A stretch of DNA of 64,000 nucleotides from an uncultured delta proteobacterium (GCA_963843145.1 CAWJJC010000020.1:32001-96000); one strand, 5' to 3'. Shown: positions 47,828 through 58,452, counted from the stretch's first letter. A program made the numbers and translations. Notes: generated by a model from the letters alone, not told the origin.

Positions 47828-48315
47828 TGGACTAAACTTAAATTATCAGGAACCGGTTTGTGGGCTCCATAGTCAAAATAAGAGGCTGAACCTTGGGTAG
47901 TCCGGCTGAAAAGGCGATATATTCAATAAATTAAATACTTCCTGAAGTCTTCTAAATCGGGTTTGGGCCGATACGCAAGACTATCATCGGTAATCGTTGA
48001 TCGCGGGGTGGAATACTTGAAACCCCAGTCTCTGATTTTTGAACCTGTGCCTGAAGGGTTCACCCTCATTTTTCAATTGATATTTTCCCATGAAGGTGCT
48101 TTTATTGGATGTACTCCTATACATAATTATTGAGTAAACATCCCAACTTAACCTCAACCTATTTGGAGCGAGAAATGAAGTGGGATTCTCAGGAGTGGCC
48201 GATATGAAGCCTCCATAGGGGATCAAATCCTTGTGGAGGCTTATTTTTTGCCACAATATTTCTATTGCTCCATTAAGCACCTAACTATTTCAGCAACCTA
48301 AAAGGAGGAAACACC

Positions 48316-48624
48316 ATGCCTTATTTAATAATAACTTCTTTGTACCCAAGCAAAAAAGAACTTGAAGTAGTCAAAATGGTTTCTGAAGCGATGAGTAAAT
48401 ATCCCCCTGATAAAAAACTGGCCACCCAGGTAGTCCCAGTCGCTTTGAAAGCAACCCATCAAGGTATACAGGCCATAATAGTTGAAGAGGTTAAGAAAGG
48501 GAAACTGGATGAAGCCTATATGTACGTAGTTCGTAGGATGGCGATGTTACAAGGTATACAAGGCTTTGAATATAGAATAGATACTTATCTTACGGCTGAA
48601 GAAGCCGGGGAAATACGGGCATGA
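48316..48624 (+). CDS. Hypothetical protein
   Basis: 102 aa ORF with strong RBS aaggagg; a possible natural ending GMSLPV* lies in another frame. Confidence 0.7.
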   Translation: MPYLIITSLYPSKKELEVVKMVSEAMSKYPPDKKLATQVVPVALKATHQGIQAIIVEEVKKGKLDEAYMYVVRRMAMLQGIQGFEYRIDTYLTAEEAGEIRA

Positions 48625-48937
48625 GCTTACCCGTTTAATTATATTACAAATTTACCTATAAGCCAAAGCGAACAAATCATTTTATGGAAATTTGTGATTG
48701 TAGTTGTGTTTGGTTTATTCATTCTAATTCAAGGTGCTCAAGCACAAACACCTTTCGACTTCACAGAATGTATCTCAGGAACCGCCACTATCGCTTTTCA
48801 AAGTAAAGATATAACCATCAGAGGCGTGGAAGGTTGACCAATTCTTATTGAAAGAAATAGGCCGATCTTCTGTTATTTATTGTAGAGTTCGAAGAGAGCG
48901 GGGTTTTGTGTTTCATCGACACATGGGAGGTGGACTC

Positions 48938-49459
48938 ATGAAAAATAGTCAGTCGCCCGAAAAGCATGGAGAATCCGGCCCGAAGATGCTTCTGTCGGAA
49001 AGTAAGAGGCTATCCCACCTTTCCGGTATCAAGGTTGTGAAGAAAGGGAAGATACCCGCTGACATTCAGGCAAACAGCGAAATTTATGATTTATTGACTC
49101 TTCCCGTATTTACATTATGTGCATGCTATCTCGGATATGCAAATTCTAAAATACTGGAGGAAGAAAAGGGTGAGATTCCCGTCGGCTTGATCTGGGACCT
49201 GTTCGACTTTACGTCTGGTCTAACCATCGACAGACAAATAATGGATCGGCATATGATGATTATTGAGAAGGCTTTCGAGTTGCTTGGCTTCCATGCAGAT
49301 CTTTCAGTCAAGGATCAACATATTGTTGTCATTGATGGAATTTCAAAGATTGCGGACAAGGAGAGTGGGAAAACGAAATACGTCGGATTCAACGAAAAAG
49401 GCATAAATCCGGACATTTTTTTGCAGATGTTGATGCGTGCTTTACACAGGAGCTTTTGA
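48938..49459 (+). CDS. Hypothetical protein
   Basis: Long open frame in AT-rich DNA; RBS ggaggt before ATG 48938. Confidence 0.55.
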   Translation: MKNSQSPEKHGESGPKMLLSESKRLSHLSGIKVVKKGKIPADIQANSEIYDLLTLPVFTLCACYLGYANSKILEEEKGEIPVGLIWDLFDFTSGLTIDRQIMDRHMMIIEKAFELLGFHADLSVKDQHIVVIDGISKIADKESGKTKYVGFNEKGINPDIFLQMLMRALHRSF

Positions 49460-50577
49460 ATCTTTCCTCTTTTTGACAACAGGAATTGAGCGTAGGGTCG
49501 TCAATCCAGAGATAAATGGTTATCGTTTACATCCCCAGAATCCTTTGAGTAGGGAAATTATTCAAAAACTTTAGAATAATTTGGGCGGCTCGAAAGTGAG
49601 CCAAGGAGGAGGTGAGTAATAGCGGCATAAATTGAGAAATATCCATAGGCTGGTGAGTATCGTAAAGGCCGTTAAAACGAAAGGAGGCATTCTAAAGAAA
49701 TCCTCTTTCCAGCGAATGACCTTAAATACCCTTGAAACAATTATAGGAGGCCGATCAGAAATGGCTCGGCCTTTGATTTGCGCATTTGAATCCGTAATCG
49801 TTGAACCCTTGAATCATTCCAGAACAGGATTTGCAGGTAAGTAGTCTCTTAAGATCCCTATAACTCGCCCCAGGAAGGCTCCAATCAACGTTTTAACCGG
49901 TCTTTCAAAAACCGCATTTTTGGCTATGCTAAACACAGGGGAGGCAAAAAGCACTCCTTCAAAGTGCCATCCTAAGCTTCCAACTGGCCTGTAAGAGCCT
50001 CCAATTAGCGTTTAAAACTGGCATATTTTACAGGCTTGAAGTTTCGATTTTCTGGTTATCACCGGTCAAGACTCAGTCCATACCTTCTACTGGCCTGGTT
50101 ATCTTTCTTAAACAGGCCGGTCAAGTCTTATAGAAGTACTACCGCGTTGGCTAACATTTCAAAATTATCCCATCACGAAAAAACTTTATACAAATAATGC
50201 AAATGGTCAGAAAGGCCATAATTCCATAACAACTGGCACTATGGACACATATTTTGATGATTCCAATGAAAATAGGGGTAGGGAGAAATCACAATTAAGG
50301 GAGTACAGGGCTAAATATCAATTTCTGCCTAATTCTTGGCGTTGGTCCTTGAATATTCGGGCACTGGGCCGACTTCTTCTCCCTGTACTTCCGGCCTGGG
50401 TCTCCCGGGTCGGTTCTCCGTTTTCTTCTCTGTAGTTATAGATATTCTCGATATAGTACAATAAAATATGGTTCTTCTTCCAATTAGTTGGCGAAGGCCT
50501 GGTATGACTGATGAACAAAGAAAACCGGTACTTTCGATTTAAACTGGCATCGTCTTCAATATCTTCATTTTCCTTTA

Positions 50578-51012
50578 TTAAAAAGTTCCCAACTGACAGG
50601 AAGAGACTTTAATTTTCAAGGTCTCACAGGCTGAAGAGATTTCTCTTTTGGCTATTTTAAATTTTACCGCAATTTCCCATGCTTGGGCACAGGGAAGTTT
50701 TCCTTTAACCAAGGCCTCCCCTATGGCTGATTCCAGGGCTGGTGATACGGTTTCCGCCGCTATAACCCTTTTATTGGGAGGGCCATATCCAAAAAGCCCG
50801 AGCTGGCATTTGATGACCGGGACCTCAAGCAAATCTATCGTAAAACCAACCTCGTGCGGTGTGACTTTCAATTTGCCGGCCACTTTAAAGGCTCCGGCAC
50901 ATGATATTTTCCCGTCAGAGACCCCCTGTTTTACGGCGTCGGCGATTGCCGGGTTCAACTTAAGTTCAGGCGGACGTTTTTTGGCGTAACTCTTTTTGTC
51001 TTTGTGCGTCAT
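50578..51012 (-). CDS. Hypothetical protein with duplicated Cys-containing module
   Basis: GKISCAGAF.VA...IKCQLGLFG and GKLPCAQAWEIA...SSCQLGTF. Confidence 0.8.
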   Translation of the reverse strand: MTHKDKKSYAKKRPPELKLNPAIADAVKQGVSDGKISCAGAFKVAGKLKVTPHEVGFTIDLLEVPVIKCQLGLFGYGPPNKRVIAAETVSPALESAIGEALVKGKLPCAQAWEIAVKFKIAKREISSACETLKIKVSSCQLGTF

Positions 51013-51397
51013 GGATTCCCTCCCCGATAGCCTTTTGTCCAAATTGGAATTCTATATCCTTTTTCAAAGTATCCTTTTTCTGGTAAAAATGGCAACTATT
51101 AAAATTAGTTGAGGAAAATAGGATTTAATAGAATGGCTCAGGGCTATTGGGCTAAGGGGTTCTAGCCAGTTGCCCTTGGATTGGGAGATAATAAGAAAAG
51201 TTCCGGGGGGAAAAGGTTGAATTTTTGCAATAGAAAATTTATGCTGAGGGAAATTCGGGCAACAGGCAGCTACCGTTTTTCTTTCGCTTCTCTCTATAAA
51301 ATTGTAGATGCCGGGTTAATTAAAACCATGATTAGGGTTGGACGAAGTCAAGAGACCTTCTGAACCGGACTACCCAACCCTGGGGAGATGAGATAGG

Positions 51398-52246
51398 GTG
51401 CCAATTATTCCTAAATCGATCGGCCGCCAGTATCGGGGCCGGACCGGTCGGATCCTTCCAGACCAAACCGGGCCACGATTTACCGGAGGCCATAGCCGTC
51501 CTGGACGACCGGAGGCCATCGCCCTTCGGATGGTCACTTTTAATGTCAAGTTTTCACAGTATATCGATCGGGCTCTCCAGCTTCTTGAAAAAAACCAGTC
51601 CCTTCAGGACCTGGATTTACTGGCCCTGCAAGAAATGGATGAAGCCGGTGTCGAAAAGATAGCTAGGCGGTTGGGGTTGAATTATGTCTATTACCCGGCA
51701 GTGGTTCACTCGGCCTATGGCAAGAATTTCGGCAATGCTCTGCTTTCGCCTTGGCGGATACTGGAAGATAAAAAAATCTTCTTGCCCCACTCCGGTCAGA
51801 TAGATAAGATGCAACGCATTGCCGTAGCGGCCACCTTCAAAATAGGGAAGTGGAAGCTCAGGGCCTACAGTCTTCACCTCGGTACGGCCTTGGAAATCCT
51901 TCCCCGCCAGCGAAAACACCAAGTAGAGGCCGTGCTGGCCGATGCCGACCGATTTTCCGGCCCGATCGTCATGGTCGGGGATATGAATGCCAGGGGCATT
52001 GGCCGGTTCCTGGAGAGACAAGGGTATTATTGGGCTACCAAATCGGTTAGAAGGACTATCAGCCTCTTTGCCTGGGATCACATCTTCCTTCGGAATTTTG
52101 AGGGCAGTCCAAGGGGTAAAGTCGGTGTGGTCAAGGACAACCGTCAGGCCAGTGACCACAAGCCGGTTTGGATGGTCCTGAGACTGGACGGGCAACGTCC
52201 TGTCGACTCTCAATCTCAGCCGGAGGAAAAAGGAAAAACGGTCTGA
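51398..52246 (+). CDS. Endonuclease/exonuclease/phosphatase family protein
   Basis: MVTFNV, ALQEMD, GNALLS, GDMN, DHIF, ASDHKPV. Confidence 0.9.
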   Translation: MPIIPKSIGRQYRGRTGRILPDQTGPRFTGGHSRPGRPEAIALRMVTFNVKFSQYIDRALQLLEKNQSLQDLDLLALQEMDEAGVEKIARRLGLNYVYYPAVVHSAYGKNFGNALLSPWRILEDKKIFLPHSGQIDKMQRIAVAATFKIGKWKLRAYSLHLGTALEILPRQRKHQVEAVLADADRFSGPIVMVGDMNARGIGRFLERQGYYWATKSVRRTISLFAWDHIFLRNFEGSPRGKVGVVKDNRQASDHKPVWMVLRLDGQRPVDSQSQPEEKGKTV

Positions 52247-52294
52247 TCAGTCTGGTGTAATACGATTGTTTCATCTATTCCCTAGGAGATTCCA

Positions 52295-53098
52295 ATGTTT
52301 CATTGGCTTATCGATCGTCGCCGAAAGAAGCTCATCCAGGCTCCTTTCCCTTCCTTATGGGAGGACATCATCCGCCGCAACGTTGCCCACTACTGCATGC
52401 TGGAAGATGCCCAGCGTGCTCATCTGCGTGCCTTGATCCAGGTATTTATCGCCGAAAAAAATTGGGAAGGCGCTGGTGGACTGGAACTTACCGACGAAAT
52501 TCGCGTCACGATTTCCGCTCAGGCCTGTCTGCTTTTGCTGGGCCTGCCCCACAACTACTACCGTAACGTCGAATCCATCATCGTCTATCCCTCCACTGTT
52601 GTTCCGCCTCAAAGCAGGCCGGGTTTCTTTGAAAATACATTCGCGCCGGTGGAGTTGGACCATCCCATTATCGGGCAGGCGTTCCGGCAGGGGCCGGTCA
52701 TTATTGTCTGGGATGCCGCCCTGCGCGGCGGCCGCCATCCTGAGTCCGGTCACAACGTTATTTACCACGAATTCGCCCATAAACTGGACATGCTCGACGG
52801 TGCGGCCGATGGTACACCTCCGCTGCGCGACCGGGGTGAATACCGTGATTGGGTCCTGACTTGTTCGCGCGAATACCTACGTCTCAAACACGAGACCGAA
52901 AAGGGCAAAAAATCTTTCCTCAGTGCCTACGGGGCAATCAGCGAAGCGGAATTTTTCGCCGTCGCCACTGAGCAATTCTTCGATCAGCCGCGGTTAATGA
53001 TTAAGCAGGCACCGGACCTTTATCGTGTTTTACAGGGATACTACCGTCAGGATCCTTCCGAACGTGTGTCCCGGAATTACTGCACGGGAGAAAATTAA
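52295..53098 (+). CDS. MtfA-like zinc peptidase (M90)
   Basis: FIAEK.W.G..GL, NVIYHEFAHKLD, YGA...AEFFAVATEQFF. Confidence 0.9.
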   Translation: MFHWLIDRRRKKLIQAPFPSLWEDIIRRNVAHYCMLEDAQRAHLRALIQVFIAEKNWEGAGGLELTDEIRVTISAQACLLLLGLPHNYYRNVESIIVYPSTVVPPQSRPGFFENTFAPVELDHPIIGQAFRQGPVIIVWDAALRGGRHPESGHNVIYHEFAHKLDMLDGAADGTPPLRDRGEYRDWVLTCSREYLRLKHETEKGKKSFLSAYGAISEAEFFAVATEQFFDQPRLMIKQAPDLYRVLQGYYRQDPSERVSRNYCTGEN

Positions 53099-53136
53099 AA
53101 TCTTATTCTTATCGGATTTAAGAAAGGAGAACGTAC

Positions 53137-53337
53137 ATGAAAAAGAACATGGGAACCGTTGACCGGGTTATTAGAATAGTACTGGCCATTGTGGTGATTG
53201 TCCTTTACCTGACCGGCAACATTACGGGCGTTGCGGCGATTATACTGGGTATTCTGGCGCTGGTATTCATACTGACGAGCCTGATTGGTTTTTGCCCGCT
53301 CTATGGACCTCTCAAGATTTCGACAATCAGGAAATAA
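53137..53337 (+). CDS. DUF2892/YgaP-like membrane protein
   Basis: KKNMGTVDRVIR...GFCPLY...IST. Confidence 0.9.
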   Translation: MKKNMGTVDRVIRIVLAIVVIVLYLTGNITGVAAIILGILALVFILTSLIGFCPLYGPLKISTIRK

Positions 53338-53449
53338 AAAGGCTTGTTGATCCGACAATCCCTGAGAACGGAGTGCTGGTTCAAGCCGCAACCAAACTAC
53401 TCGATTTTTACCCGGTTGAAAAACGGGAGCGGGATCCCTTCAGCCCGTT

Positions 53450-53845
53450 TTATTTCCCAGACGGGGTCGTCGAACGGACATGCTCACAGGCTTGCAGCAC
53501 CTCGGCCTTAAACGTATCAAAGTCGAGTTGCAGGCCGTTAATATAGGCGCTCCAACCGGCACTGGATTTGGCATAATGGATCGCATCCTCTATCTCCGCC
53601 TCGGTTGCTCCATTAAGCTTGGCAATCTCCGTATGAAAAAGGGCGCAATAGCGGCATTTGGAAACGGCCGAAATAGCCACTCCAATCAGTTCCCGGTATT
53701 TATTCGGGATAGGACCTTCTTCAAACTGCACTTTCTTGAATAACTGCCATTCCAATTCCAGGGTGGCCTCCGGAATGGACTTGAACATGCTGGGCACCAG
53801 GCCAAACATATCCGTGATTTCCTTATAAACCTGTTCACGGTTCAT
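53450..53845 (-). CDS. Carboxymuconolactone decarboxylase/AhpD-family protein
   Basis: FGLVP, KYRELIG.A.S...CRYC..FH...A...GAT..EI. Confidence 0.9.
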   Translation of the reverse strand: MNREQVYKEITDMFGLVPSMFKSIPEATLELEWQLFKKVQFEEGPIPNKYRELIGVAISAVSKCRYCALFHTEIAKLNGATEAEIEDAIHYAKSSAGWSAYINGLQLDFDTFKAEVLQACEHVRSTTPSGK

Positions 53846-54002
53846 CGTCTCTACTCCTTCTCATCTAAATAAAAAATTGGTTTAGAAAGTTATGATTGCT
53901 CCCTGACCAAACTAAAAAGGTCGCGTACCTCAGAGAATATCCCTAAACGAACGAGCCGTTTCTTCAAACACCCCTCTTACGGTTGGGGGGGGGCCCGCCT
54001 GG

Positions 54003-54797
54003 TTAACCTCGATCTTTCATCGGAGCCAATATCTGCTCCAGCGCCGTCTGGTCAGGCCCGACAAAGGGGGGCAAAGCGGGGACCGTCGTCAGCAGTTCCA
54101 GGAACTGTTGGGTCTTTCCTCGTGCCGGTGGCAGGTGCGCCGAGAAAATCATTTTTGGGCCCATTTGACGAATCCTGTCCAGTGCCCGGCTGAATTCGCT
54201 CGGATCAACCATATGAACCCAGGGGCTGTCCGCGAGGGCCCAGCCGATCATGCCTTGAGCCAGATCCCCCGCGGAAACCTCATCGACACTCCGCGCCGGC
54301 GACGGCATGATGGCACCAAAGCAATCGGCAGAGAAAAAGGCTTCCGATTTGTCGTCGTAGAACCCGATAGTAGTCGGGTTATCGAACAAGGGCGGTCTGA
54401 TGGCAGTCAGCCTACGGTCACCCACTCGAAGGCTGTCTCCCGAATTCAGCCAGTAAACCCGGTCCATGGGTACCGGCCAAGCCGTGGTTATCCTCAGCAC
54501 GGCTAAGGCGTTCGCCACCAGGCGGGCGCCGGGTGCTGCTTCAAGAACCTTTTGAAGGCTGCCGGTATGATCCGCATCATCGTGGGTAAGCCACACCCAC
54601 TTTATGTCCCGAGGGTCAATGATCGACTCCAGGGTCTTCATAAACTCCGCACTCTCGATTCCTATTCCCGTGTCGACCAGGACCGGCTCGCCGGCCTTGA
54701 TGACAAAGGCATTAATCGGAAGGAGTCCCATACCGGGGATGGGGAAATGCGCGGGCAGGACCTCGACATCCGGCATCGCTTGATAGGGTTTATCCAT
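54003..54797 (-). CDS. MBL-fold protein (FprA/ODP-like)
   Basis: LVDTG, LTHDDADHTG, FSADCFG, SAH. Confidence 0.85.
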   Translation of the reverse strand: MDKPYQAMPDVEVLPAHFPIPGMGLLPINAFVIKAGEPVLVDTGIGIESAEFMKTLESIIDPRDIKWVWLTHDDADHTGSLQKVLEAAPGARLVANALAVLRITTAWPVPMDRVYWLNSGDSLRVGDRRLTAIRPPLFDNPTTIGFYDDKSEAFFSADCFGAIMPSPARSVDEVSAGDLAQGMIGWALADSPWVHMVDPSEFSRALDRIRQMGPKMIFSAHLPPARGKTQQFLELLTTVPALPPFVGPDQTALEQILAPMKDRG

Positions 54798-54857
54798 CTA
54801 AAGCTCCTTTTTTGCGGTTTTCAACTTAGCCTTCTTGGTCATCACGATAGGTGGCTA

Positions 54858-54979
54858 TTCGCCCTCTTGGGTGGGGATCCTCCATATCTGGTATGGCCGC
54901 CGGGCCTCGGCGACCACGGAGCTCCGATTTCAAACTAAGCTACCATACATTGTGGCCACCCACCCAAAAGGGCTAAGCG
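54858..54979. repeat. Family C internally deleted copy, inverted
   Basis: Both ends (ttcgccctcttgggtggg / acccacccaaaagggc) joined at the inner IR; core missing. Confidence 0.8.
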
Positions 54980-55011
54980 ACCGATAAGTAAGGTAAGCGG
55001 TGTGCTTGATC

Positions 55012-55317
55012 CTAAGACCACTTTCCCCCAAGCTTTTCAAGGCCTGCCCGTCCTAATTCTTCCGGAGTCATGGCAACATGAAATTCGACGTCGGCGTTGA
55101 ACAGCAGAAACCACGGTTCCGCATACTTCGGCACTTCCGACGAGTCATTGATGTTGATAATCATAATGGCCCCGCGCTGCCCGTCATACTCGGTAAAATA
55201 AACGGCCTCCGCCTTGGTTTCATCGATAATTTTTTTCATCTTCCCCCCGACACTACCGTCTCGAACAGCCGCGTTGAACTCTTCGTGAGGAATCCTCACC
55301 TGTAGAATCATTCGCAT
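55012..55317 (-). CDS. Conserved hypothetical protein (GYD-like)
   Basis: 101 aa, RBS aaggag; EAVYFTE..G.RG, AEPWFL.FNA.VEF..AMTPE.L. Confidence 0.8.
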   Translation of the reverse strand: MRMILQVRIPHEEFNAAVRDGSVGGKMKKIIDETKAEAVYFTEYDGQRGAIMIININDSSEVPKYAEPWFLLFNADVEFHVAMTPEELGRAGLEKLGGKWS

Positions 55318-55650
55318 GGTGGTCTCCTTTCAAATTCAATAGAATCATATATCTTATTATCATTCAAAGACCAGGGGTGCGTAAATAGAACGAACAGCGT
55401 ATTTTTTGGATAAAAACACTGTATTTTAAAGCCGGCCTCTTCCCTCGGCAATCGACCTGCTTTTTGAATTATTTGATTGTTATTTCGGGAGAAGATTCAA
55501 CCCGTCGTCTTAAACAAGGAGGAAGTCAATATTGACCATATGGGGAAGGTCTTAAAAATAAAGCGATATTCTTGGTTTATAACCCGCTGGGGGGGGTCCT
55601 CCCTTAGGTTAGGGATAAGTGAGGGGCAGGGAATATTTCTTTCCAGGTTG

Positions 55651-56487
55651 TTAGCGACGCCTTCTGCGGTATTCGTCGCTGTCACGCAGGGCCCGGACGA
55701 CGTCCTGCTCGGTCCAGCGGTCGCGCAGGATCTTGTCCACCCAGCCCTCGGCGCCCGGGTCCGGTTCCCGCCCGAGAACGTCGAGATAGGCCCGTCGCAC
55801 CATCTGTTCCGCCCTTCGCCGGGTCATCTGCCCCCCGCGACGGTATTCGTCGCTGTCACGCAAGGCCCGAATAACGTCCTGCTCGGTCCAGCGCTCGCGC
55901 AGGACCTTGTCCACCCAGCCCTGGGCGCCCGCGTCCGGTTCCCGCCCGAGAACGTCGAGATAGGCCTGTCGCACCATCCATTCGGCCTCTCGACGGGACA
56001 TCCGGCTCTCATGCTGGATATAGCCTTTACTCTGCAGGTCCTTCCGTACATCGTTTTCCGTCCAACCGTATTGAGTCATCCTGTTGCGGTAATAGCGCAA
56101 GCTCTCTTCGTCCGGCTCCCGCTGGAGGACTTCGTTATAGATCTGCCGGATGATCAAATCAAGGTTCCGGTTCGCCTCCCCGGAATAACGACGGTAGTCC
56201 GCTTGAGCTCGGAGGTCCTTGCGGATATTGTCAGACGTCCTGCCGTAATCCTCGTTCTCCCTGCGGTCCCCCTGGAGTTCCGGTCCAAATGTCTCCAGGT
56301 CAAGTTCGGCCAGGACCGCCCGTTGGATCGCCTTGTTCTGCCGGGGGGACTTCAGCGATTTCGCGATATCGCCCTGAAGGTCCGCTAACCAATTATTATG
56401 GGATTCCTGCCCCTGAGCCGGGGCGAAAAGAAGCGTCATCTGAACGATCACGGCCGCCAAGACAACCATCGGTCTCCCTTGCTTCAT
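55651..56487 (-). CDS. Exported protein with tandem DUF4214-like (Y..VL.REPD) repeats
   Basis: Signal peptide; two near-identical 58-aa/174-bp repeats plus one or two diverged ones. Confidence 0.8.
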   Translation of the reverse strand: MKQGRPMVVLAAVIVQMTLLFAPAQGQESHNNWLADLQGDIAKSLKSPRQNKAIQRAVLAELDLETFGPELQGDRRENEDYGRTSDNIRKDLRAQADYRRYSGEANRNLDLIIRQIYNEVLQREPDEESLRYYRNRMTQYGWTENDVRKDLQSKGYIQHESRMSRREAEWMVRQAYLDVLGREPDAGAQGWVDKVLRERWTEQDVIRALRDSDEYRRGGQMTRRRAEQMVRRAYLDVLGREPDPGAEGWVDKILRDRWTEQDVVRALRDSDEYRRRRR

Positions 56488-56527
56488 GCTGAACCTCCGA
56501 CGTTAGTATGCAAAAAGGACTCGGTTA

Positions 56528-56640
56528 CACTTAAGCATTTATTAGTTGATAATGAACAATTGATTATTAATTATTAAAATCATCTGGTTAAGCTATCACC
56601 TGGCCCCTTTTACTTCTTTGCTTCGGGGCACCTACCTGGG
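56528..56640. repeat. Family E AT-rich copy
   Basis: aagcatttattagttgataatgaacaattgattattaattattaa..ttaagct; inverted relative of 43675-43783. Confidence 0.65.
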
Positions 56641-56790
56641 TCTGGGCGTTTACCAGGAACTTCTTTTATTCTCAAATAATAAGACCATTTGAAGGAGAGT
56701 CAAGTGAAAGGCGGATTTGGTGGTGAAGGTCTGAGGTATTGATCCGGGACATGATCGGTTAAACAGCCCTCTTTGGCCGGCAGGTAAGGC

Positions 56791-56883
56791 CTAGCCAAAA
56801 ATATTTGAAATATTTTTGGCTGTAATAAAAACCACTTACCAGATTTAAAGACAAATGCTCAGAACAATGGATGTAAGAATCTA
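56791..56883. repeat. Family D copy 2 (internally shortened)
   Basis: ctagccaaaaat..ggctgtaataaaaaccact..gatttaaagacaaatgctcagaacaatggatgtaagaatcta. Confidence 0.75.
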
Positions 56884-56915
56884 CGTCTTGATGCATCTCC
56901 CCGGGATATTGCTGT

Positions 56916-57641
56916 CTATTTTAGAGTATACCCCCGGCCATCAAGGCAGGCACTGATCGCCCGTAAATAGTCCGAGCTCTTTTGGGTGGTCTGAGCATCG
57001 GGTCGGCCGGCAGGCGGCTTTGACGGATCGAAGCCTGCCTGACCAACAGCCCAGTTGTGGCAGGCGTCAAAATCCTCGTTTTGCTGCTCCTCACTCTGAC
57101 CCTGGCGGGGGTAGACGAACATCCGGCCAACCGAATTTTCGCTGGCCGACAGCGGTGCCTGACTTCCTTCGGTCGGCGGTGGATAATAATTTGACGGAGG
57201 CGGGGGTGAATAATAATAATCCGGTGGAGGCGGGGAAGGATAGTAATAATCCGGAGGCGGCGGGGAAGAATAATAATACGCTGGAGAGTCATAATAACTT
57301 GACCACAACCCCCAGCCTAAAACACCACCGACAAATAATCCGGGAAAGAACCCCCTATGCCCTCCATGTCCACTATATCTACTCTGCCCACTGGGCCGGC
57401 CGCTCCCTCTATACTCACCACGCGTGCCAGATCTTCTACTCCCATCGTAACCGCGTGCTCCACCGGACCTTCCTCCCCGGCTATATCCTCCGTGGCCGTC
57501 GGACCCGCTCGACCTGCCTCCCCCACTATACCCTCCACGACCGCCGGATCCTCCACCCCCACGATCAGCTTCCGCCTGACAAGGCGGCACCAACAGGGTC
57601 AACAAAAAAAGGAGGCTTAATAGACGAATAGACTTTTTCAT
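56916..57641 (-). CDS. Exported Gly/Arg- and Pro/Tyr-rich protein with C-terminal YPxxGQS domain
   Basis: Signal peptide, RGG-rich tract, YYxPPPP repeats, VYPRQGQSEEQQ..D...CH.WA...GFDP...ACL.GRGYT. Confidence 0.8.
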   Translation of the reverse strand: MKKSIRLLSLLFLLTLLVPPCQAEADRGGGGSGGRGGYSGGGRSSGSDGHGGYSRGGRSGGARGYDGSRRSGTRGEYRGSGRPSGQSRYSGHGGHRGFFPGLFVGGVLGWGLWSSYYDSPAYYYSSPPPPDYYYPSPPPPDYYYSPPPPSNYYPPPTEGSQAPLSASENSVGRMFVYPRQGQSEEQQNEDFDACHNWAVGQAGFDPSKPPAGRPDAQTTQKSSDYLRAISACLDGRGYTLK

Positions 57642-57882
57642 ATTTTGTTCTCTCCTCTAGCCTGGGACGAGCAACGGATTCTCTTAAGGTTTTTATAGCT
57701 TAGACTTTCAATGGACAAAAAAGTTAAAAAACGCCCAACCAAGGCTGATTGGTGAAGGCTCACTATTGGATTTTTAGATTGTTATTGTTCGGTAAAAAGT
57801 ATTATAAAATGAGAAATAAGCTGTTAAAAGAAATATAGATCTGCCAATAGCCGTTTGCACTTCATTGAAAAGGAGAAGATCT

Positions 57883-58380
57883 ATGAGGAAGAACAACCGC
57901 GATCTCGAAAAATCCCTGACCCGGAATTACAAAAAAGTAAATTTCACCGAAACTGGCCAGCCGGTCGAGGTAAGCAAGCCGATACCCGAGCCACCGGCGG
58001 CCAAAAAACCAAGGAAAGCGGCATCCAATAAGAAGGCGACCCCGAAACCGGTCAGGGCCAAGGTCGAAAAACCGATTGGCCGGAAACCGGGTCCTTCAAA
58101 GAAAAAAATTGCGGAAAACCCAGAGAAAAAAGTAGCCGTCAAGGCCAAGAAAGCCCCCATTAGGAAGCCTGCCGCCGGAAAGCCGCGGCTAATCGGCCGG
58201 AAAACCGACTTGCTCAGGATGGGGGAAGGAGCCTTCCTCTACTCGCTCGAACTCACTCGACAGGTTGAAGAAATGGAGAGGGAAATCGCCGACTATCAAA
58301 GGGTCTTCGAGGTTATCCGGGAACTCTTCAGCCGGGAGATGGATGAAATAGAGGAATGGTTGGGCGTGGTGTTGAAATAA
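57883..58380 (+). CDS. Lys/Pro/Ala-rich hypothetical protein with acidic C-terminal coiled coil
   Basis: RBS aaggag; histone H1-like composition; downstream terminator. Confidence 0.7.
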   Translation: MRKNNRDLEKSLTRNYKKVNFTETGQPVEVSKPIPEPPAAKKPRKAASNKKATPKPVRAKVEKPIGRKPGPSKKKIAENPEKKVAVKAKKAPIRKPAAGKPRLIGRKTDLLRMGEGAFLYSLELTRQVEEMEREIADYQRVFEVIRELFSREMDEIEEWLGVVLK

Positions 58381-58387
58381 TTTTCTC

Positions 58388-58431
58388 CTCTAAAAAAGGG
58401 TTAGCTTAAATAGGCAAACCCTTTTTTAGAG
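58388..58431. terminator. Bidirectional terminator
   Basis: ctctaaaaaagggtt...aacccttttttagag between convergent genes. Confidence 0.8.
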
Positions 58432-58452
58432 GGTGACACTCCGCTTCAAGAA

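Noticed and set aside
57180-57300. Short tandem DNA repeats (ggcgggg..gaataataat) as a regulatory array
   Set aside because: They encode the YYxPPPP low-complexity tract of the 56916-57641 protein.
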